Positions 52,301 to 61,300 of a stretch of DNA of 64,000 bases are shown here, piece after piece (position 1 is the stretch's first letter; every line of letters begins with the position of its first letter). Origin of the DNA: Lytechinus pictus (Eukaryota); contig NC_087246.1 of the NCBI RefSeq assembly GCF_037042905.1, positions 7,256,001-7,320,000 on the forward strand, given 5' to 3'. The notes beneath the pieces were generated by a model. That model worked only from the letters and a program-made list of their open reading frames with translations. It had not been told where the DNA came from and searched no databases. The translations under genes were made by a program, and so were the position numbers.

Positions 52301-55300
52301 TGGTAAGGTCAAAGGTCATTTTCAGGTCAACGTTAAAGTTTACATGCAAGACTCTTATGACACCTAACTCTGCAACCGTAACTTGGATGGTAGATGTACT
52401 TGAGGGACCTGCATGTTATGCCGCAGTCTGAGATCACATGGTAAGGTCAAAGGTCATTTTCAGGTCAACATTAAAGTTTATGTTAAAGACTCTTAAAACA
52501 AGTGTTATTCCATCCCAATCATTTCACAATGAAGTTTCGATACAATTCTGTTGCGTACCCTCGCAAATCACAATATTTCTGGTTATTTTCATGAAGTTGG
52601 CAAGACACAAAATCGCTTATGCCTTGTTTGTTGTTAATATTTTCTTTAAATTGGGTGTATCAGTGCCAATTCTTTGCAAAATCTTCTTATGGGCCATTCC
52701 ACGCAAAAGTGGACATTTTCCAAAATCTTGTATTGGCTTTATTTCAAATCTAAACCAAAATTTTGGATTAAAACTCATATGGAATTTCATGAATAAAAAT
52801 GGGATTCCTAAATAGCCTCAAAGAATATGTCTTACGCATCTCCTTATAGGAGAATCCGAACCATACAAAAAATTATATATATGGGACTCCATAAATATTT
52901 TTGAACTTATTCTCAATTTGACAGCAAACTGTTGTGTGTTTCGTCAAATTTCCAGTTGGATAATTTGAAGGCCATCATTTGACATCAAAATAAAACAAAA
53001 TATGCAAAAATATGCTGCAGGAAGGGTAAGAAAAGGTCAAATTTATTTGAATGGACATAATGTAACACGAGTTAACGAGATAACATCTCACAACATTTTA
53101 CAGGGTTATTATTTCACAACTTTGACATTGTTAATTCATAAGTCATAAACCACTATCAATTCAAGGTAGGAAAACTTTAATCAAGATTGTCTAGTATGAG
53201 GAGACTTTCCCAAAAATATGCTTTTGTACAACTGACCATGTCCTTTTTTTGTAACGCGAGTTACCAAAATTAAACGATTCAAGAATTCAGACATGTTCAT
53301 CCTTAATTTGCTTTTTGGATTCATTTTATTGGTGTATGTCTACTTAAGCCATGATGACAAAATTGTCTCATAAATCCTAAGATTTACAGAGATATGTGCA
53401 CATTATCCCCCAAATGTACCCAATATTTGTAACACCAGTTACCATGGAATGACCCTTATCTACCATGCATGTGTGTCATGATACAGGTGACCCAGCTCTG
53501 TGAACAGCAGTATCCTGAGCTTCTCCATAAGGTGGTTGTTGTGAGGGCCCCAAGAATATTTCCTCTTGCCTATTCTATTGTTAAACCATTCCTGAGTGAA
53601 CAGACAAGGAAGAAGATTGTAGTCTACAAATGTAAGTATAGTGGCTAATCACATCACCTGGGAGCTTTTCACGATGCATAGGGGTAACAACAGTATTTAT
53701 GATAGGGGAGGGGGGCAAGTTGACCAAAAAGGTGATATCAATATTTGGTTCTTAATTGCATAACAAAAGAAATAGACAAACCATGACTTTATTTTCAATA
53801 CCACTCTTTTATCCTTTTTTTCTTGCTCCTTTTCTCCCTTGTTTCCCTTTATATTCTATTCTTTTTCACTACTTCAAAAATCATAGGAGACTTCCCCTCA
53901 TAGGGCCACCTCTAACTGTTGGCTTTGTCAGTGAGATATGTTATAAACTACTGAAATCCTTGTATCTGATTGACTGAGAGTGAGTTTGTGAGTGGAAATC
54001 ACCTGCAAGAGATGCTACGTGACATTGTTCCTTTTATGAAATGAATGAATGATGAATTACACTATTGGTCATACTGTAAGTTAAATGAGTTCTGAAACCG
54101 ATGAATGGTAGAATTATAGTGGCCATGAAGTTCATTGGATGACCAAGGTCATGTCATCAACTTTGCAAACGTTTGATGACTTAGGATCGTAACAGTGACA
54201 CTTTTGGTTGTGAACTTTGCAAAAGTTTGTCTCTAGTTAATTGATTTTGGTTACAAATAAGGACCAGTAAGTAGGACAGTGATGAAAAGTCTCTAAAGTT
54301 CGTGACCGAGATTTAAAGATTGGTGTTAAACAATCTTAGAGTTGGCAACCAAAGCCATTTGCCCAAATTTACAAAATAGTCTAAAACCAGGAGGTGGTAC
54401 TTAACTATGGAAAAGCCGCTAAATCAAGTGTAATTATATATACCTGGAATCTACAAGTTTGTGGTTTAAACCTGTTTTATGAATATGGGCCGATGGGTGT
54501 ACAGCATAGTTATCTGTTTACAACAACTGATATGACCTGTTTTCAATTGTTCTTATTCTTGAACTTATGAAGGACCAATGTGGATATATGTGTATCAATT
54601 GTTTGGAAGTTAAGGACCCATCTACTTGCTGAATGCCATACGAAAACGCTTACTGACTAATTACTTTCAACCCTAATCATGCAGCTCATAATGTATGTAT
54701 TATTGTAATGTGATTTTTCTTTGATTTATCTTTGATTTAGATGATTTTGAGAAAGCATTACTGGATATCATTGATGGTGATATTCTTCCTAAGTACTGGG
54801 GTGGAAACATGGTCGAGGATGGAGACCCAATGTGTCCCAAAACGGTAAGGTCACACACCTTGTATTTTTTTGTAAATAATTATTGTAATCCCGCTCTGAT
54901 TAGATTTCTTGTTTCTCTATAAAAAATTAAGTTTATTTAAGATGTAGCAAAAGTATAGCACCTTTCTACAGCTCAGTGACTGAGAAATAATGTAATTGCT
55001 TTAATGGAGATCCTTTATGATAGGATGGGAGGACCATGATTGTGCTGCACAGATGCCTCAAAGACAATATACCATTTGGGTGTTTCATAAAGCTGTTTGT
55101 AAAGTTATGCATGACTTTACAAGTGACTAGAACATGTTCTTAAGTGCTAAGTCGGTTACAGAGAGATTATCATGTACCACAAGAAAGGATCACTGGTCGT
55201 TAGTAATGTTGCTCATAACTTACGAACAGCTTTATGAAACACCTACTAGGATCACTTAGAACAGCACCAGTATAAGACCCAAACTACTCACATACAGTAG

Positions 55301-58300
55301 TTTGTGAATCCTTACTCAGAATGCTACATTTTGATAATGTAGTCGTATAATAACTACCCACTTGAACAATGAATGTCCAGCTGCCCGTTACAATGTTCAT
55401 ACCACAGAAGTTGCTAGGAAACCAAATATTTATAGTATGCATACAGTATTACACAAGCATACATCTATTTACAAAAAAAATTATTGTACAGCTTAGCTTT
55501 CTATTGAGATGTCGTTGAGCTAGAGTGATGCAACTTTCACGAAATAGGCCCATGGTCTCTAACTGATAACTTGTCAGTGATGACAGGTCTCATGATATGG
55601 TGCCTTGGAGGACAGAGATCGTTTCCAGTTTGTATGTACAGAAAGAGCATGTGTGTGGAATCAGTGGATTTTCATTCTGCTCATTTAGCCTTTTTCCTGT
55701 TACTACTATAGCACTCTCATAATTTATGTATGTTGATATAGACATTGTTACATATGATCGAGCATACGTGTAATATGCAACTAGCTTTTTTCTAATGGCT
55801 GTAAGTTTGTTACTTATTTCATACGTAAGATACCATTGCATCATTATCTGTAATCTCTTCTAATTTTGCTTTCAGGTTTGTTTAGCAGGCAAAGTACCTA
55901 AGGAGTGGTATATGACGGGTCGCGATCTCAATGTCGAAGCCTCCCAGATGACGACTAAGGAGATTGCCAGAGGAGGGACACTTCAACTCACCTACAATAC
56001 ATCACAGTGCAATAGTGTTCTCAGGTAGACTTTGTCCCTTTCCCTTTCTCTCTTTTTTTCTTTTCTCTTTCAATTTCTTTCCATCCTCTCTCCCTCTCTC
56101 TCTTTATTTTGCTGTACAGTGAAACCCAATTTCGTAGCCACTTGTGTCGAAGGACTATCTGTTAAAAAAAGGTCATGAATTTGTTTTCCCTTGACTAATT
56201 TTCTCATTGAAACAATTATTACAAGAGCCTGACAATAAAGACTACCTTCTCATAAAGACTGGTCTTCTTGTCTTCCTCTGGTGGTATTTATATCCTCTAG
56301 TCATCACAACTCACTGTTTTAACTGTGATTAGTTCCTTCCTCTTTGCCCTCCCTTCTCAAGTCATGATGTCAAAACCTTTGATACAATTAACTTTTTTGG
56401 CAAGTTACACAAAGCTTAGTGATTGATCATACTGTTAATTTGTTTGATTGACTGCACTTAATGATGAATATAATCATTCATATAAAGAGGAGGGGAGGAT
56501 AGAGAGGAGGAAAATGAGGGAGGAGATGGTGGGAAAGGGAGGGATAAAGGAGGAAGGATCAGGATAGATCGATCAAGTGCAAAGCTTCGGGTTGTTTGGT
56601 CCTGATTTACTTCAAACATCAGAGTGTTCATCTGAATGAAGTTATCAAGTTTCTTGATTTCAATAAATTAGATCTTTACAGGATTTCATCTTGTAATCAT
56701 TGTTATACAGTGTATTTAAATATCTCACAAGAAATTACTGTTAAAGCCTGCATGTATTCAACATTGGTCTTTTACCTATATATTACAGAGATGTCAACCA
56801 TTCCTTTTTTCAGCATTTGTTTTTTTCCTTCTATATGCTATTGAATATTAAAGGCAGTACATTTCTGTCTCGCCTGCATAGCAGAGCGAGACTATAGGCG
56901 CCGTTTTTCAGACGGTGGCGGCGTCAATGTCAAATCTTAGCCAAAGGTTAAGTTTTTTTAAATGTCATCATAACTTGAAAAGTATATGAGCCTAATTCAT
57001 GAAACTTGGACACAATGGTTATCAAGTATTACCAGTCAGTCCGCAAGCCCTGAAAAAGTAGCTTCTTTTATCCAAGTGATATTCATGACTAGAGGGTTTT
57101 TGCATAGTTAATGAGCTTGGTGCGAACCAAAACACCTCTTTTTATTCGGCCATTGCTGCTCTAAATATTGACCAAATTTCATGTTTTTGGTATATTTGTA
57201 AAGAAGAAGAATCATTCTTTCAGGTCATGTGTTTGGATTTTTAAAAGAATGTTGTAATATAGGAAAAACTTTTGATCTAAAACATGAAACAAAATATTTT
57301 TTTTCATGCAACAAAAGTTGTTGTTTTCACAATTAATTTCTGTTTGGGCACAAATGATTTTTAGATCATGATAAAGCTGAAGATCTAAGCTTTAATATGA
57401 TATAATTTTTATAAGAAGATGTATTTTAGATAGGTCAGCAGCCAGCTTTTCATAGGCCAAGTACATTTTGCAGCTCAAAAACAAGAATACTGCGCTCTGA
57501 TTGGTCATAGAGACCACACACCCTCGCAAATTCCAATGTTCCCCACACTGGGCCTCTGCAAGGTCACACTCACCATGTGGTAATCTCTTCAAATTACCCG
57601 CGCCTGTTTGTTTTGAAAACAGTATTCAGCCAATCAGAACTCTGGATTTTATGTTACTCAGAAATTTCAGATATCTCGTCTTGCATCTTGATGGAAAAAG
57701 CTGGCTGCTGACCCATCTAAAAGATGCCACATATCAAGAGTGACATTGTAAGAAAGTATAGAGTTTGAGCTTTCTGATGATATAAATAATGTTGGTGCCT
57801 AAAACACAAAATGTTGCACAATTTGCAAGTGAAAACAGAGGAAGAAAATTCTGTTTGATGCATCTTTTCAGGTAAAAAAATCACTTATTTATCAAAATAT
57901 TTCATTCATAAGAAATGACCAATATAAAAGAGTAACATTTACTCTGCCCATGGTACAAAAATAATCAATATTTCTCAAGGAAAAAGTGGTTAAATTCTTT
58001 GAGAAAGAAAGTCTTACAATTCACGAGATTTTGCAGGGACATGAATTCAGCCACGAGAGGACTTGGATAAATCTTGCTCATTTGCTCATTAACACAGGGG
58101 CTTGCGGACTGACTGATTACTGAACATTATGCCAGAGTTTGAGGTCACATGACCAAGGTCAAAGGTCATTTAGGGTCAATTAACTTATTTTGGGGAATCA
58201 AAACGAAATCTTAACAAAGGTTCTAGGTTTTTTAAATATAACTCTGAAAGTATATGGATATAGTTCATGAAATATTACATAAGAGTAATCAAGCATCAGT

Positions 58301-61300
58301 GAATATCCTGCGCGAGTTTCAGGTCACATGACCTAGGTCAATGAACTTTGACCATGTTGGGGGTATTTGTTGATTTCTTTTATAACTTTGATAGTTTATG
58401 GATGATGGTTCCTGACACTTGGACATAAGAGTAATCAAGTATTACTGAACACCCTGCCTGAGTTTCAGGTCATATGACCAAGGTCAAAGGTCATTTAGGG
58501 TCAATGAACTTAGATTATGTTGGGGGAATCAAAATAAAATCTTAACCATGTTTAAGTTTTTTAGACATAAAGTTTATGGATGTAGTTCATGAAACTTGGA
58601 CATAAGAGTAATCAAGCATCAGTGAACATCCTGTGTGAGTTTCAGGTCACATGACCAAGGTCAATGACCTTTGCCCTGTTGGGGGTATTTGTTGAATTGC
58701 CATAACTTTGAAAGTTTATGGATTCAGTTCATGAAATGTGGACATAAGGGTAATCAAGTATCACTGATCGTCTTGCACAACTTCTGTCACACGATCAAGG
58801 TCAAATGTCATTTAGGGTCAATGAATCATATGAATGGCGTTTCATGTGAATGATTGGTCTATATATATTCGTTTTCAATGTCAGCACTGCTGCTATATTG
58901 CATGGCGTAATGCAGGCGAGACTGTCAGAGGCACTCCACTTGTTTATATTTCCTGTTAAATTTCTGTTTTTTTAATTTCTGAACATGGAGTATGTCCTAT
59001 ACCTATCTATTTTGCACAATCTGCTTTCCATCAAAGGAACCGCAGCTCCTATGTTTGGTTTGGACCTGTGTGATCCTTTACAGTGAGTAGAAGTGTAGGT
59101 CACTGTGGTCCTTTACCGCGTCTGTCATGAGTATTAACATGAGTGATCTTAACAGTGAGAGAATATTTTTTAAATTCCTTTTTGTTCAAATAACTTGTTG
59201 TAGTTGAAGGAGATTAACATCTTGATTATTATCCTTGTTTATGATTTTTGTTCCAATGTAAATATGTCATGGAGACATTTCTATTGATTTTGCAGTGTTA
59301 ATAGTCAATGTTTCTGACTTACCATTTCTTGCCTTATTTGCTTTTCTTAGGTATGAGTTTAGAACACAAGAACACGATCTTGGGTTTGGAGTAAAGAGAC
59401 TACATGATGATGATACCAAGATACCTATAGTTAAAACAGAACGTCACAACTGCCATCTTGTGCCAGAAACTGGCCAGCTCATTCTAGAAGACCCAGGCAC
59501 TTGTAAGTAATACCCATTCATTTATTAAGAATCATGTGATATTTATTGAAGGGTTTGATCAAATTGAAACTAATTTCAGCTCAGTGTAGTATAATTATGT
59601 TGTATAGTGAAACTATCTGAGAAGCTAAGGAGTCATAGAACATTATGTTAACTATATTGGTTGCTATTGGTCAATTACAGTTGATTAATGATTAAAGTAA
59701 TTAGATGGGACCTTTGAACAACGAAACTAGTAGCTCAGGCCTTTCATTTGTAAAGTATAACACGCTTGCATATTAAGATTTATTGCTTTTAGCCCGTCAA
59801 ATCATGTGAATCCAGTAGAGTATTAAAGCAGTTTCTAATTTGCTTTTGAAAAAAAATTTCATGAAACAGAGCTTGACCCAGCCCCAGAACCATGTGTATA
59901 CAAATGTTTACCTTAATATCAAGTGATTTCAATAATTCATTTAAGCAGAAAAGAGAAGAAACATGCAAATGAAAGCAATATCTTTCAAAGAATGAAGACT
60001 TGTGAAATTTTTGATATTTCATGTAATATAAATTTTAGGGCCGAGTGCCTGAGTCAAAACATTTATCTGCTGCTCATATGATGGTAAAAGCATGAACGTT
60101 TCCTAATTGATAATCATTTGACCATATGGGGAAGAAAAAAAAAAACCTCTCCAAAAGTTGCTGGAAATTCACTTATTACATCTTTACACCCATAGGATAG
60201 CCATCTTTTGTCCATATTACATTGAAATTATTTAGATTTCATTGGAAAAAACTGAGAAAAGACACATTACAAGACACATTAGAGACCTGCTCTTAAATTC
60301 AATTTCAATTTCTTAATCTATGATAAACAATATGTACCGTACATAGAAATGTTTCTTCCATTGGCTTTAACATAAGAAATTAACAAAAAACTAGCACTTG
60401 TGGTCATGACTATACATGAAAGAAATCTAACATGAGAATTGTACTCGTGAACGTAACAGGTATAAAGGAGGTACTGTGTAAATCTGAGTAAAACAAAATT
60501 ACATAACATAGAAGAGGCATCTGACGTACCTCACATGTGATATCACAAAATTAAAATTGTAAGAATCAATATGCCAGGTTTACTTCGTTAGTCAGTAAAT
60601 CCTTCATTAACAATTTCCTCTTATGATTATATCCTAATACAAAGTGTATAATCATCAACTTTCTTAGGAACAGGACTGTATAGAATTTAAATGGCAGAAT
60701 ATTCGGTAACTTTATGCATTTTACATTATAAAATGTAAGCTCTAAAAAGTGATAAATTTCCTTATGCAGTTTATCTGTAATGCTTGTTAAAAAAATATTT
60801 TGCAGTGAATGTAAGTTAGAGTGTTTTTTAATCTAGTAACGATAGGTATGTTTAGCCATGTTTGAGTGAAAGATCCTTCACTCATACATACCCATCGTTT
60901 CTCGATTAAAAAGCAGTTTAAGGAAATTCATAGATTTTTATAGTTTTCATTTTAGAATGTAAAATGCAAAAAAAATTACCATATGTAATGCCAGTTTAAT
61001 TCCATACAGTCCCATTCCTAAGAAATGCCTAGGATAGTATTGTAAGAGGATATTGTTATTGAAGGAGTAGTTGTGAAGCAGTTTAGATTATCAGAGTATA
61101 ATTTTTTTTTCTCCCATCCCTTTCTTGTTGCTCCATTCTGTTGCTAATCATATGATAATCAGTTTCCCCAATAATTATGTTTCATGGTAATTTAACTGAC
61201 TTTTTTAGACATTGTGGTATTGCACACTTCCTATTAAGTTCTGGTGTAAGTTTCCTTGATCGTTATTGATGACTTATGATAAGCATATTAATAATTACCA

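Noticed and set aside
57033..58115. Transib/ProtoRAG assignment based on the 5-bp TSD
   Set aside because: Ends are CAG rather than CAC and there is no RSS-like heptamer/nonamer; hAT5-type is the simpler explanation.
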